Virus record (IMG/VR): IMGVR_UViG_3300037851_000141
Span: 224,001 to 288,000 of that record
Direction: 5' to 3' (one strand)
Length of the DNA: 64,000 nucleotides
From: a virus
Taxonomy: Duplodnaviria > Caudoviricetes
The position numbers and the translations under genes were made by a program. Below the pieces are notes generated by a model. That model was not told the origin of the DNA, did no database searches, and worked only from the letters and a program-made list of their open reading frames with translations. Position 1 is the first letter of the stretch, and every line of letters starts with the position of its first letter. Below are positions 9,385 through 19,148 of the stretch, piece by piece.

Positions 9385-9927
9385 ATGTACATAGAAGAAA
9401 CTATACTTATTCAGCAATCTTTAAGTGGTGATGTTGATGCTCTTATGTCATTATTATCTTTATATAGCGATTACATGATCAGAATTGCCTCAAGATATTT
9501 TAGAAACAACAAAGCTGATATAGATGATGTTATACAAGACGCCACCATTGCCATATGTGAATGTATATCAGAATATAAAGATTTAGGTAAAGAGTTTAGG
9601 CATTGGGTTGGGGCCGTTGTATCCAATAGTTGTAAAATGTATATAAGAAAAAATAGACGACGGAGAATGAGAGAAGCTATTGTTGGCAATGAACTTAAAG
9701 AATATTATGAAACCAAAGATTTAGATTCTTTCTTGTTTGAAGATGTAGAAAAACTATTAAAAAATATACCAGCCGAAGAAAAAGAAATAATAAGATTCCA
9801 CTATTATGAAGGACTTACATACGAACAAATATCAGAAAAAATGAACATACCTTCGGCAACCATAAGATCAAAAATAAGTAGATGTTTTATTGAACTAAGA
9901 CGACAGTTTAGCGTAATTGGTGCTTGA
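9385..9927 (+). CDS. ECF-type sigma-70 factor
   Basis: Region 2 (GDVDAL..L..Y...DDVIQD...FRHWV..VVSNSCK) and region 4 (IPAEEKEIIRFHYYEGLTYEQISEKMNIPSATIRSKISR). Confidence 0.85.
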   Translation: MYIEETILIQQSLSGDVDALMSLLSLYSDYMIRIASRYFRNNKADIDDVIQDATIAICECISEYKDLGKEFRHWVGAVVSNSCKMYIRKNRRRRMREAIVGNELKEYYETKDLDSFLFEDVEKLLKNIPAEEKEIIRFHYYEGLTYEQISEKMNIPSATIRSKISRCFIELRRQFSVIGA

Positions 9928-9957
9928 TTCTTTATAATTCTTTGTTATAATATTCAG

Positions 9958-10269
9958 ATGGCACTAAAAATGAGAATAGTTATTCGGCCAGATATATCAC
10001 CCACCGCCGCCGTTGTTGCTGCTGCTCATGCCTCTTTGGGTACTTATTTGACTTTTATAGATGACCCAATAACTCAGGAATGGAAAAATAAGTCATTTGT
10101 TAAAATCATCCATAAAGCCCTAAACATGGAACAATTTTTAGCATGTAGAACGTTTGGTCCGCATAGAGTGTTTACTGAGAGTACTTTAGGTGGAATCGAA
10201 GTTTCAGTTGGATTCAAACCTCAAGAAAAAGAACACCCATTTTTTAAGGATATACCTCTGTGGAACTAA
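9958..10269 (+). CDS. peptidyl-tRNA hydrolase 2 (PTH2)-like protein
   Basis: KMRIVIRPDI...AVVAAAHASLG...W...SFVKI matches the PTH2 pattern. Confidence 0.7.
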   Translation: MALKMRIVIRPDISPTAAVVAAAHASLGTYLTFIDDPITQEWKNKSFVKIIHKALNMEQFLACRTFGPHRVFTESTLGGIEVSVGFKPQEKEHPFFKDIPLWN

Positions 10270-10490
10270 AAACCGCCATACAAACTATAAAGAATAATGT
10301 AAAAGATTCGTATGTTCAAGAGTATATCAAAGCCATTCCTGATGTTATTGAAGAAGATGGCACTCATGGCTTATTGGTTCAACTGGAATATATTTTATCC
10401 AATCTAAGCCAATGGAAGGGTTTAGAAGCCAAAACAACTAAAGACTTTATACGAAAATGGGTCAAAACTAAACGTAAGTCGTTGAAATAA
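10260..10490 (+). CDS. hypothetical protein
   Basis: 76-aa ORF overlapping the previous stop. Confidence 0.55.
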   Translation: MELKTAIQTIKNNVKDSYVQEYIKAIPDVIEEDGTHGLLVQLEYILSNLSQWKGLEAKTTKDFIRKWVKTKRKSLK

Positions 10491-10562
10491 CTGTAGATAA
10501 AAAACATCTTGACATTTGTTGTTTCCTGGTAGAATAAACCTACCTATAAGAAAGGGTACAAC

Positions 10563-11084
10563 ATGTCAAACTCCGAAGTAGAGAATCATAAATCATACCT
10601 TCAATCCAAGTATGGCGAGAAGGCTGCTGAATTCCTAAACGACCTTGAAACCTGTCGCGGCTTTGAGGTTGTTAAAAAGTGGAATATCAGCCGCCAACTT
10701 GTATCTCTCCATAAAAAGAAGTTGGGATTCAAAGGTGAAGAATTACGAACTGAATCTATGATGGCTCGTCAGGAAGAAAAGAAAAAGCTGGCCGAGCAAA
10801 AGCGTCAAGAGATACAAGCCAAGAGAAACCTTCGCAATCTTGATATCATGACTCGTTTCAATAACAATGAGTCAGTTGAAGAGATTGCTAAGATTCACGG
10901 TATGACTCGTCCAAGTATGTATCAGCTTATTATGCGCCTCCGTGCTGTTAATAAGAGTTCTATTGGATATCGTCTCAAGCGCAAGAACTCTCCCAAGTTT
11001 AATCTAAAAGCCTATGATATCAAGAATACTCAAATCTATAAGATAGTTAAGCCTGAAGTCAAGGCAATTAAATCTACAGCATAA
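10563..11084 (+). CDS. basic HTH DNA-binding protein
   Basis: Two HTH-like segments (VVKKWNISRQLVS; VEEIAKIHGMTRPSMYQL); promoter TTGACA-N15-TAGAAT at 10509-10535. Confidence 0.55.
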   Translation: MSNSEVENHKSYLQSKYGEKAAEFLNDLETCRGFEVVKKWNISRQLVSLHKKKLGFKGEELRTESMMARQEEKKKLAEQKRQEIQAKRNLRNLDIMTRFNNNESVEEIAKIHGMTRPSMYQLIMRLRAVNKSSIGYRLKRKNSPKFNLKAYDIKNTQIYKIVKPEVKAIKSTA

Positions 11085-11111
11085 TCAAACCCCTTAACCA
11101 AGGAGGCTACC

Positions 11112-11372
11112 ATGAACAATCATTCTCTATGGACTGTTGTTGGTAATTCTCAGGTCTTCAGAGGGCGTGGATTTAAGGTGGTTTTCAATGAACATACTAA
11201 AGTTGGCCTAGAAGATCACGGTCCTGAAACGATTATTGTCAGAGAACATCCCAAACATGAATTACATTGTTTCGTTGGGGATCTAAGAAAAGAAGTTGAA
11301 ACCGCAGTCAAGCATAATATCAAATCATTCACTCGTATGTTCAAGAAACATTTGCCAAAGAAGCTGCCATGA
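11112..11372 (+). CDS. hypothetical protein
   Basis: 86-aa ORF with AGGAGG RBS. Confidence 0.65.
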   Translation: MNNHSLWTVVGNSQVFRGRGFKVVFNEHTKVGLEDHGPETIIVREHPKHELHCFVGDLRKEVETAVKHNIKSFTRMFKKHLPKKLP

Positions 11373-11794
11373 ACGTCGCATTTGACTTTGATTTTACTTT
11401 AATGTTCCCGACAGAAAAAGATTCTGTTGGTGAACCTAATGTTGAATTTGTAACCAAGTTAAAAGAACATATTGCTGCTGGTGATAATGTGTTTATTATT
11501 ACAAGTCGAAACGATACACAAGCCAGCCGCGACCAAATACGTAAGTTTTTAATCAAACATCAGATTAGACCACTTAAGGTTTTTCATACTAACGGAACAC
11601 CAAAGCTATCAACTCTATTGGATCTAAATATTGCTCTTTTCTACGACGATGACGATAAAGAATTACAGCACGCTAAATCATCAGATATAAAAGTTGTAGA
11701 TTCTTTCAATGATGATGCGAAAAAAGCATTTCAACATTTCTATGATATTGATGAGTCTTTTAAGAAATATGTTGATAGTTTAGATAAGATTTGA
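11369..11794 (+). CDS. HAD-superfamily phosphatase
   Basis: Motif I VAFDFDFTL, motif II ITSR, motif III K, motif IV FYDDDD. Confidence 0.75.
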   Translation: MNVAFDFDFTLMFPTEKDSVGEPNVEFVTKLKEHIAAGDNVFIITSRNDTQASRDQIRKFLIKHQIRPLKVFHTNGTPKLSTLLDLNIALFYDDDDKELQHAKSSDIKVVDSFNDDAKKAFQHFYDIDESFKKYVDSLDKI

Positions 11795-12304
11795 TAATTC
11801 CTGTCGCCAACCAGATGTTCTAATGTTGACGACAGGAATATTATTATCTAAAGCAATCCTCACAGCCTGCCCCGTTCCGCCAGAAACATGCCCACTTTTC
11901 TTTGGGTCAGCGCAACATACAACAAATTCAACTTTTGGATAAATATCATAGCCAAATACTTGATGATGATTTCGATTCATTAACGCTTTAGCACCGCGAG
12001 ATAATATATAATAATTCGGATGATATTTTCTTGTTGACTCCAAACCTTCTTTAGAATCACCGACAATATAATATGCTTTTGAGTTCTGTTTGTAATGATA
12101 TAAATCTAACCCAAATCCATTCCAAGGAAGAAATATAACGCAATTACCACCAGAACCTTCTTGGAACGTTACATCACTTCCAGGGGCATTACCAGAATAA
12201 ACAATGAAATCTTTTTTAGCCATTACCCCAGCAAGTTCGAGTATGGTTTCGCGTTCGGCATCGGTTATATCTCTTGAACCGATCCCAGCATAATAACGAG
12301 GCAT
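11780..12304 (-). CDS. DprA/Smf-like SLOG-family protein
   Basis: YYAGIGSR, YSGNAPGSD, GGTGQAVRIA...IPVVN. Confidence 0.75.
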   Translation of the reverse strand: MPRYYAGIGSRDITDAERETILELAGVMAKKDFIVYSGNAPGSDVTFQEGSGGNCVIFLPWNGFGLDLYHYKQNSKAYYIVGDSKEGLESTRKYHPNYYILSRGAKALMNRNHHQVFGYDIYPKVEFVVCCADPKKSGHVSGGTGQAVRIALDNNIPVVNIRTSGWRQELSNLI

Positions 12305-12305
12305 G

Positions 12306-12785
12306 TTATTCCTTAATGTATGATTCTACAGCTTTGGCAATAATAGTCGGAAGAGATTTACCGAGTATATTATCTTCAACTTCTTTATTCTCTTTTTGTA
12401 TTCGGAGTCGTTCAGTTTTTCTATATTCTTCAAGGTTTTCTTCGGAATATTCTGGGTTATATGGTATCAATTCTTCATCTTTTATCATTTTTTCAAGTTC
12501 TTCCGGTGTATCTGGCATATTCCAATTCAATATCTCTTTATTAGCACCTTCTTCGGGAATCTTATCATAATCAAGAACCGGAGCCTTAAATGCCTCAAAG
12601 AACATTACATTGTTTTCAAGCAATTCCTTAAGTGATTCCCCGTAAGCTGCTTGAGGATTTTCGGTAATTCCTATAACTTTACCGTTTTCATCATAATATG
12701 CCTCTACGAAGAAATAACCAGTTTCGATTATCTCTCCATCATTATTTTTATAGTCTCTTTTGGCTATTCTGTAATTCCAACTCAT
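12306..12785 (-). CDS. hypothetical protein
   Basis: 159-aa ORF beginning MSWNYRI. Confidence 0.6.
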   Translation of the reverse strand: MSWNYRIAKRDYKNNDGEIIETGYFFVEAYYDENGKVIGITENPQAAYGESLKELLENNVMFFEAFKAPVLDYDKIPEEGANKEILNWNMPDTPEELEKMIKDEELIPYNPEYSEENLEEYRKTERLRIQKENKEVEDNILGKSLPTIIAKAVESYIKE

Positions 12786-12909
12786 TTATTCTTCCTCTGG
12801 TCAAGCAATTCTGGATCATCGTCATATATAACAACTTCATTTTTATTGAATATGGCGGCTAATATAAAAAATAAGATAGATCCGCCAAAGAGAAGTGATA
12901 ATAACCAGA

Positions 12910-13389
12910 TCATTTAAGGCTCTTTGCTAAATCGGCGTATGTTGGTGCCGACTGCTTCATTTCTACCAACAAATCCTGCTCGGTCAAGTTATATTTTTTC
13001 ATCAAGAACTTAAATCCATCAGGTACATAAACATTCTTGAATTGGCAAATAGGACATAATGCGATAGAAACATTGTGTCTTGAACACCAATCTTCACCAT
13101 TGTCTGCCGCATACTCAGCCACTTCTTCAATAGAAACATCTTCTCCATCAAAATAATCTTTTCGGTATTCAACCAATTTATCTGGATTATTCTTAAAGTA
13201 TTCTATTGCCGCATCCAATTCTGAAAATTCTTTGACAGCATGAGATTCACAAAAATCATGACCATTTTCGCATCTAATCATTCCAGCATCTTCTAAACCA
13301 AGGTCCATGCCAGAGACACATTCACCACATACGGCACAGATGAATGAACTTGAGCTTGAGTTGGTTACAAAGTCTTTTCTGAATTTCAT
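12910..13389 (-). CDS. hypothetical Cys-rich protein with N-terminal FVTNSSSSSF motif
   Basis: MKFRKDFVTNSSSSSFIC plus CxxC, CxxxH and CxxC pairs. Confidence 0.6.
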   Translation of the reverse strand: MKFRKDFVTNSSSSSFICAVCGECVSGMDLGLEDAGMIRCENGHDFCESHAVKEFSELDAAIEYFKNNPDKLVEYRKDYFDGEDVSIEEVAEYAADNGEDWCSRHNVSIALCPICQFKNVYVPDGFKFLMKKYNLTEQDLLVEMKQSAPTYADLAKSLK

Positions 13390-13398
13390 GTGGTTCCT

Positions 13399-14334
13399 TT
13401 ATTTTGTTCCCACCATTATATCCTTTGGCGAGTAGAAATCAAGAACGAGTTTCTGTAGGGCCAATTCTTTTTCTTTAGCCTCCAGATGGATATGTACGTT
13501 CTTATCTAATATCCAATCCGGTAATGGCTGAGAATAGTAATCAGAATGCGCGGTTATAAGTTTATTTGGATTGGCTGATTCACTATAATGGACTTGGGCG
13601 CTGCGTGTACCCCAAGTTGAATATGCGGTGAGAAAATCTTGAACTATAGAATCTGCTGTATGTCTAAAATGCCAGTGGTGGATATCAAAAGTAATAGGAA
13701 TATCAATCTGAGACGTAAGATAGCAGTATAAATCATTGACTGACCAGCAAGCAGCTTTATCGTCATTTTCTACAACTAACCGAGATTGTAAAGATTTTGA
13801 TAATGACTTGAATGAGTTTATGAATCTTGAAGCAGTACCTACATAATCGCCACTGTAACAGCCGCCAACATGAATATTGATCGGCAAATGGTTGTGGTAT
13901 TCGGAACAAATGATATCAGCAACCTCATTTTCTCGTTCCAATGCCAATATACCAAGTTGTCGGACAGATTCTTTGGGTGAACCAATACAAACGAACTGGC
14001 CGGGGTGAAACGATAGATGATGATCGTGTGATTGAGCAAACCGACCTATTTGTTTAAGCGTATCAGTTATTTCTTGGCTATCTGGCAATTGATTTACTGA
14101 ATACCCAACTTCTGGATCGTTGGACCTTGGAAGTGGCTCAGAACCAATACGAAACACCCTAATGTTGTGCTGCTCGTTCCAATGGAGTATTTTGAGAATA
14201 TCTTTGACATTTTGTAAAGCAAGTTGAGATGCTTTAGCGATTGTGAAGTTTCTACGTATAAAAGTGCGAGAACTATAAATGTCTTGCTTACGTAGGGTTT
14301 GGTTGATACAGCAATAGCCTAAGTTTGGTGTCAT
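13399..14334 (-). CDS. uvsE: UV DNA damage endonuclease (UvsE/UvdE)
   Basis: LGYCCIN, IRVFRIGS, LSFHPGQF, RLVVENDDK, PITFDIHH, QVHYSES, AHSDY, LEAKEKELA. Confidence 0.92.
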   Translation of the reverse strand: MTPNLGYCCINQTLRKQDIYSSRTFIRRNFTIAKASQLALQNVKDILKILHWNEQHNIRVFRIGSEPLPRSNDPEVGYSVNQLPDSQEITDTLKQIGRFAQSHDHHLSFHPGQFVCIGSPKESVRQLGILALERENEVADIICSEYHNHLPINIHVGGCYSGDYVGTASRFINSFKSLSKSLQSRLVVENDDKAACWSVNDLYCYLTSQIDIPITFDIHHWHFRHTADSIVQDFLTAYSTWGTRSAQVHYSESANPNKLITAHSDYYSQPLPDWILDKNVHIHLEAKEKELALQKLVLDFYSPKDIMVGTK

Positions 14335-14363
14335 GCTGAGATTATATCAACTAAAAAGAAAAA

Positions 14364-15101
14364 TCAAGCAGTTTTTGTGTATGCTGACTCTATTCTGGTC
14401 TTAGCAATTTCATAATAGTTTTTATCAAGTTCAATTCCGATAAATTTTCTATTAAGAATACCGCAAGCTACACCTGTTGTTCCGCTACCCATAGTAAAAT
14501 CCAATACAACATCATTTTCGTTTGTATAAGTTTTTATTAAGTATTCCATTAAGGCAACTGGTTTTTGTGTTGGGTGAATTCTACCTACTGTACCTCGTTC
14601 ATCTGCTGGTATGCTTATAAGGTTTCTTGGGTAATATTCGCCATTATTTATCGTAACTACACCATCAGTTTGTGCGCCATAGCAAGATGATTTATTACCT
14701 TTAGAAACAGCTTTATATGGTTTTCCTGCTATCATCTGTGGATTATATGTTGGTTGATCTGAATAGAATACAACAATATCTTCGACAATTCTTAATGGTT
14801 GTTTTTTAGAATTAAGATGTCCACTTATACGATTCACTTTATCCCAAACCCAATTATACTTAAACATAGATGGATTACTCATTATAAGTGCCGAAGTAAA
14901 TGGTTGGCTTGATGTCATTACTATTGCTGTATTTGGTTTGACTACATAAGATATACATTTCCACATCTGGTCAAATGGCAATATACTATCCCATTTACAT
15001 TGTGTCGTTCCATATGGAGGATCAACTAAAATCATATCAATAGATGATTTTTCAAGTGTTGGTATGATTTCTAAACAATTGCCGTTATAGAGTTTAATCA
15101 T
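14364..15101 (-). CDS. N6-adenine/N4-cytosine DNA methyltransferase (beta class)
   Basis: DPPY motif, HPTQKPVAL, VLDFTMGSGTTG, FIGIEL. Confidence 0.92.
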   Translation of the reverse strand: MIKLYNGNCLEIIPTLEKSSIDMILVDPPYGTTQCKWDSILPFDQMWKCISYVVKPNTAIVMTSSQPFTSALIMSNPSMFKYNWVWDKVNRISGHLNSKKQPLRIVEDIVVFYSDQPTYNPQMIAGKPYKAVSKGNKSSCYGAQTDGVVTINNGEYYPRNLISIPADERGTVGRIHPTQKPVALMEYLIKTYTNENDVVLDFTMGSGTTGVACGILNRKFIGIELDKNYYEIAKTRIESAYTKTA

Positions 15102-15236
15102 CTTTATCCTAAATAAGTGATTTTACTTTATTAAATACCGTTTCCAATCCAGCATCATCACCATCAACGTCTATGTATTCTATATCCAGAAACATAATAT
15201 TGATGAAATAATGCTAAATAATTCTTCTGCCTTTCT

Positions 15237-16448
15237 TTAGGTGTGAATAAGTGAGTATATTTTACCCGACTTATTTACAATGTCAAGATTACTGTTTCTT
15301 CCATCTGACTTGTTATTGATATTGCTATCAAATTCAGAGGTCTGATGTCCACAGTCGTTGATTTCCGCCAAGCCAGCGGTATATATATTTATTGCGGCAT
15401 TATAGTCTCGATTTAGTGTAAATCCACAAATCTCGCATTTATATGTTCGTTCTTCAACTGGCATCTCGGCTTTAACATGACCACAACTTGAACATGTCTT
15501 GGTTGATGGATACCATTTGTTTACCTTATGTAAGATATTGTCGTAAATATCTTTTTTATAAGATAGCTGTCGAATAACTTTCCCTATACAAGTATCGGTA
15601 GTAGATTTACCATACTTCTTCATCCATGATTTTACAGATAAATCCTCAATTATGATAGCTTGGTTTTCGCTACATAACTGAGTTGTTAACTTATGAGTAA
15701 AATCATGTCTGATATTAGATATGCGAAGATGTAGCTTCGCTACTTTGAGTCTTTGTTTATCTCTATTTTTACTTCCTTTTTGTCTACGACTTAGTTTACG
15801 TTGATACCGTGCTAACTTCGACAAATTGGACTTGAGTGGCATTGGCGAGTGAATCTCATTACCTTGGTTGTCGGTAACGAGAGTTGTCAAACCAAAGTCA
15901 ATTCCTATTTTATTATCAGAAATACGAGGTTTTTGATAACTTCCAACATCAACTGATATTGAAGCGTACCATTTGTCTGCTTTTCTTGAAATTACACAGG
16001 AGTTGATTTTACCTTCGAATCTCAACTTCTCTGTTATTCTTATTTTACCAATAAGAGGAAGTCTGATGTGAGTATCTGATATGCTAAACTTGTCATTTGA
16101 TATATAGAATGTGTCTCGATTTCCACGTTTCTTAAATTTAGGGTAATTTGTTATCTTATTGAAGAAACTTGAGAATGCTGCACCAAGATACGCAAATGCT
16201 TGTTGATTCGCATCTTTTGGACTCTCATATATCCATGGGAATTCAGCTTCTTTTATTTTATTGAATTCTTTTTTGATTAAGTTAGCATTCGGTTTGGGTA
16301 AGTTATTATCAGATTTCCAACTTTCATACATTTTAGTCCACTTACTTAGTCCCCAATTATAAGTAAATCTGGCACAACCACATGCTTTAGCAAGTTGATT
16401 TTGCTGTTCCTTATTTGGTTGGAGTTGTATCTTGTGGCTGAGTATCAT
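15237..16448 (-). CDS. tnpB: TnpB RNA-guided endonuclease
   Basis: HTH start (ARFTYNWGL); RuvC D (IGIDFG), E (IIEDL) and D (RDYNAAINI); CxxC...CxxC zinc ribbon. Confidence 0.92.
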   Translation of the reverse strand: MILSHKIQLQPNKEQQNQLAKACGCARFTYNWGLSKWTKMYESWKSDNNLPKPNANLIKKEFNKIKEAEFPWIYESPKDANQQAFAYLGAAFSSFFNKITNYPKFKKRGNRDTFYISNDKFSISDTHIRLPLIGKIRITEKLRFEGKINSCVISRKADKWYASISVDVGSYQKPRISDNKIGIDFGLTTLVTDNQGNEIHSPMPLKSNLSKLARYQRKLSRRQKGSKNRDKQRLKVAKLHLRISNIRHDFTHKLTTQLCSENQAIIIEDLSVKSWMKKYGKSTTDTCIGKVIRQLSYKKDIYDNILHKVNKWYPSTKTCSSCGHVKAEMPVEERTYKCEICGFTLNRDYNAAINIYTAGLAEINDCGHQTSEFDSNINNKSDGRNSNLDIVNKSGKIYSLIHT

Positions 16449-16474
16449 ATGAGTTCTTGTCTTATCTCACCTTG

Positions 16475-16482
16475 TATTTATA
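16475..16482 (-). promoter_or_regulatory. TATAAATA box between tnpA and tnpB
   Basis: Exact match about 27 nt upstream of the tnpB start, in a 65-nt intergenic gap. Confidence 0.45.
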
Positions 16483-16513
16483 TCAATAGAGTCATCTTTT
16501 TATAAACTTTTTT

Positions 16514-17122
16514 TCACTGTTGTTCACTTATCATTTTCTTTAGAGATTTTCGATAATTACGAAGCCCATACAATCTGGAACTAAAGCAATGGATAATAGT
16601 CATCAAATCTTGAACCATTTCTTGTTTTGGTGATAGCGCAGTATTGTCGAGAATTTCAATTTCGCAATTGTATTTTTGACATATGTTGTTTATCATGTCA
16701 AACCCAAATCTACACAATCGGTCTTTATGAGCTACAATAAGTTTAGAAACTTTACCTAACATGATATCAGATAATATTTTGTTGAATAATTTACGATTGA
16801 AATTTAGTCCACCGCCAATTTCATTTAGAAACTCTACATTTTTATAACCTCTATTGGAACAATATTCTGATAGTATTTGGTGTTGATTGTTTAGGTCTTG
16901 TTTTTGGTTATTTGATGACACTCTACAATATGTTATTATTTTTTTATTTTCTTCTTTTGGTGCTAGTCCTTTGAACTCAAGTATTTGATTTTCGGTGTAA
17001 TATCTTCGATTTGTTTGAGTTCTATATGCTTTTAAGGTTCCGAGTCGATCCCATCTTTGTAAACATTTAACTGTTCTATTTAGGAGATTGGCTGCTTCTG
17101 TTATAGTGTATGTTGTATCCAT
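16514..17122 (-). CDS. tnpA: IS607 TnpA serine recombinase
   Basis: MerR-like HTH (EAANLLNRTVKCLQRWD), YCRVSS..QKQDL, HKDRLCRFGF, QDLMTIIHCFSSRLYG. Confidence 0.92.
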   Translation of the reverse strand: MDTTYTITEAANLLNRTVKCLQRWDRLGTLKAYRTQTNRRYYTENQILEFKGLAPKEENKKIITYCRVSSNNQKQDLNNQHQILSEYCSNRGYKNVEFLNEIGGGLNFNRKLFNKILSDIMLGKVSKLIVAHKDRLCRFGFDMINNICQKYNCEIEILDNTALSPKQEMVQDLMTIIHCFSSRLYGLRNYRKSLKKMISEQQ

Positions 17123-17167
17123 ATTTGTTTCCTTGTGTGTCCAAATATTACTCTATTATACACAAGT

Positions 17168-17683
17168 TTATATTATTTTCGGGTCTATACTATACTCCAA
17201 GTATGTTTTAAGTCGCTCAAAGTTAACTGGTGTATAATTCCAACAATCTACTCCAACGTCACAAGATTTACCATATGGAGTAAGTGTACCATGCGAATGA
17301 CCATAAAAATGATAACTTCCATGGTGAGATTTATTCCACACACGATGACCATAATGTGCCAGCCAAATATAATCTTTTTCTATTCGTATTCCTTTTACAT
17401 CAAATACATATGACCAAGTGTGTTCTTTTTTAACGTCATCGTGGTTGCCCATAACGAGGAATTTTTGGCTACCATTAAGTCTTCCAAGATAATAGTTGAC
17501 TTTACGAGCATCCAAGCTGAAATCCCCCACAACATAAACTGTATCTTTTACTCCGACAACAGAATTCCAGTTTTTGATAAGAGTTTCGTCCATTTCTTCT
17601 ACTGATTGAAATGGACGATTACAATGACTAATTATATTTCTATGGCCAAAGTGTGTATCTGCGGTAAACCATATATCAGACAT
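17168..17683 (-). CDS. calcineurin-like metallophosphoesterase
   Basis: ADTHFGH, VGDF, GNHD, HY, GHSH, DVGVD. Confidence 0.9.
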   Translation of the reverse strand: MSDIWFTADTHFGHRNIISHCNRPFQSVEEMDETLIKNWNSVVGVKDTVYVVGDFSLDARKVNYYLGRLNGSQKFLVMGNHDDVKKEHTWSYVFDVKGIRIEKDYIWLAHYGHRVWNKSHHGSYHFYGHSHGTLTPYGKSCDVGVDCWNYTPVNFERLKTYLEYSIDPKII

Positions 17684-17703
17684 ATGTTATCCGTTTAGAA
17701 AAG

Positions 17704-17758
17704 TCCCCAAGCATAGCCCTAAGAAATACAAGGAGGAGGGACGGACTATGCTTGGGGA
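17704..17758. terminator. long inverted repeat, probable terminator or RNA hairpin
   Basis: TCCCCAAGCATAG (17704-17716) pairs with CTATGCTTGGGGA (17746-17758). Confidence 0.55.
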
Positions 17759-17767
17759 TTAGATTTA

Positions 17768-18013
17768 TTAGCCGATGGTTACTTCTTTTACAAGTTTCTT
17801 ATTCTTGTAAACGCGCTTAACGAGTTGACCACCATAGGTATTACGGATGGCGCATCGGGCTTGTTCGTAGCTGAGATAGGCAACTTCATTCTTATTGCCG
17901 GTCCAAGCATACTTACGTGTGGTGCCAGTGGTATTGATTTCGCGGAACTTAAGGTATGCTCCGCTCTTAGTGCCTCCACGGACATAATAAACGGTACGAA
18001 TCTTTTTAGCCAT
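17768..18013 (-). CDS. small basic hypothetical protein
   Basis: 81 aa with RBS AAGGGG. Confidence 0.65.
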   Translation of the reverse strand: MAKKIRTVYYVRGGTKSGAYLKFREINTTGTTRKYAWTGNKNEVAYLSYEQARCAIRNTYGGQLVKRVYKNKKLVKEVTIG

Positions 18014-18070
18014 GTTATTCCCCTTTCTTGATAGGATTTTTTGGCTTTGTTGAGCTAATATTATACGGGA

Positions 18071-18361
18071 TTATTTTTTGGAATCAAGTACTTTGTTTTC
18101 TTCGTACATCTTCTTCATTTTCGTTGTTAAATCATCATAATCAACTTCTAATGATACTCCAGTAAACCGAGACATTAAATCATGACTGTAATGTTCCGTA
18201 ATGACCTTAAGCATTGATTTTACATCATATGCTTCAACAACATATTTTAGATAGATACAGCAGGCATGATAGTATTTCTCGCCTTTAGAATAAGTTGCCA
18301 GTTCAAGAATACAGTAATCTTTATTTTGATGTGGTTTTAGGTCAGCCGTTATTTTACTCAT
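18071..18361 (-). CDS. hypothetical protein
   Basis: 96 aa; TTGATT-N16-TATAAT upstream (18368-18395). Confidence 0.6.
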   Translation of the reverse strand: MSKITADLKPHQNKDYCILELATYSKGEKYYHACCIYLKYVVEAYDVKSMLKVITEHYSHDLMSRFTGVSLEVDYDDLTTKMKKMYEENKVLDSKK

Positions 18362-18413
18362 TCTGATATTATAACCGGATGATAAATAAAATCAAGAGGT
18401 TAAAATAAGATAT

Positions 18414-19124
18414 ATGTCATTCAAGAATTATTTCAACAAACATCTATTATTTGAGCATGGAATAATAGTAGAACGAGAAAATGACCAAGAGTTTAGAGTT
18501 GCTATTTATTCCGAGATTGAGAAGATAAAAGAAAAAATGAAAATAGAAAACTCTTATTCAATTGATGTTGATGATTATCGGGTTATGATTATTCTCGACC
18601 CCGATTCTCCTACTGGATTTTTTACATTTACAAGAAACAAACCAAAAATTCCTGTTGTGGTTCTAAATGTTGATGGAATCTGTGAAGACCTATATAAAAG
18701 ACAAAAATTTATAGATATTATTGACAAAATGAGCGATGTCCTATTTCACGAACTGACTCACCTAATGAACTATCGTGTTGTCGTTAAACCTGGGGAAGAA
18801 TACGATAATCTAAAAAATATAAAAGGCAAATATAACAATCGGGAAGAATTCAACGCATATTATCAACAAACAGCCTCCTTATTTGAGCGGATGCTACCAA
18901 ATCTTATAAAATCTGACAACACTTTTGAGTCAGTTTATGGCGATAATGTCCAACAGTTTATCTCAAAATTCTGGAATAAACTAAATGATATAAATAATGA
19001 AATAGTTGACTCCATAGCACAAAGTAAAGTATATAAAAGAAAATGGCTAAAAAGAATATATCAGCTTTATTATGAACTAATGGACACTTATAACCGGGCT
19101 AAAGGAATAACGGTTGACTCTTAA
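18414..19124 (+). CDS. HExxH zincin-like hypothetical protein with T4 capsid-targeting-like N-terminus
   Basis: FHELTHLM plus downstream EEFNAY; starts MSFKNYFNKHLLFE. Confidence 0.55.
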   Translation: MSFKNYFNKHLLFEHGIIVERENDQEFRVAIYSEIEKIKEKMKIENSYSIDVDDYRVMIILDPDSPTGFFTFTRNKPKIPVVVLNVDGICEDLYKRQKFIDIIDKMSDVLFHELTHLMNYRVVVKPGEEYDNLKNIKGKYNNREEFNAYYQQTASLFERMLPNLIKSDNTFESVYGDNVQQFISKFWNKLNDINNEIVDSIAQSKVYKRKWLKRIYQLYYELMDTYNRAKGITVDS

Positions 19125-19148
19125 TTTTTCTTTAGTATAATTTTGGTC

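Larger units (their letters stand above)
15237..17122 (-). mobile_element. IS607-family insertion sequence (coding span; exact ends not determined)
   Basis: Serine-recombinase tnpA followed by tnpB on the same strand. Confidence 0.85.

Noticed and set aside
15109-15195. 28-codon ORF (MFLDIEYIDVDGDDAGLETVFNKVKSLI) after tnpB, resembling the tail of a P-loop kinase or NadR-like protein disrupted by IS607
   Set aside because: Too short to assign, an in-frame stop lies just upstream, and no matching N-terminal half is seen on the other side of the element.
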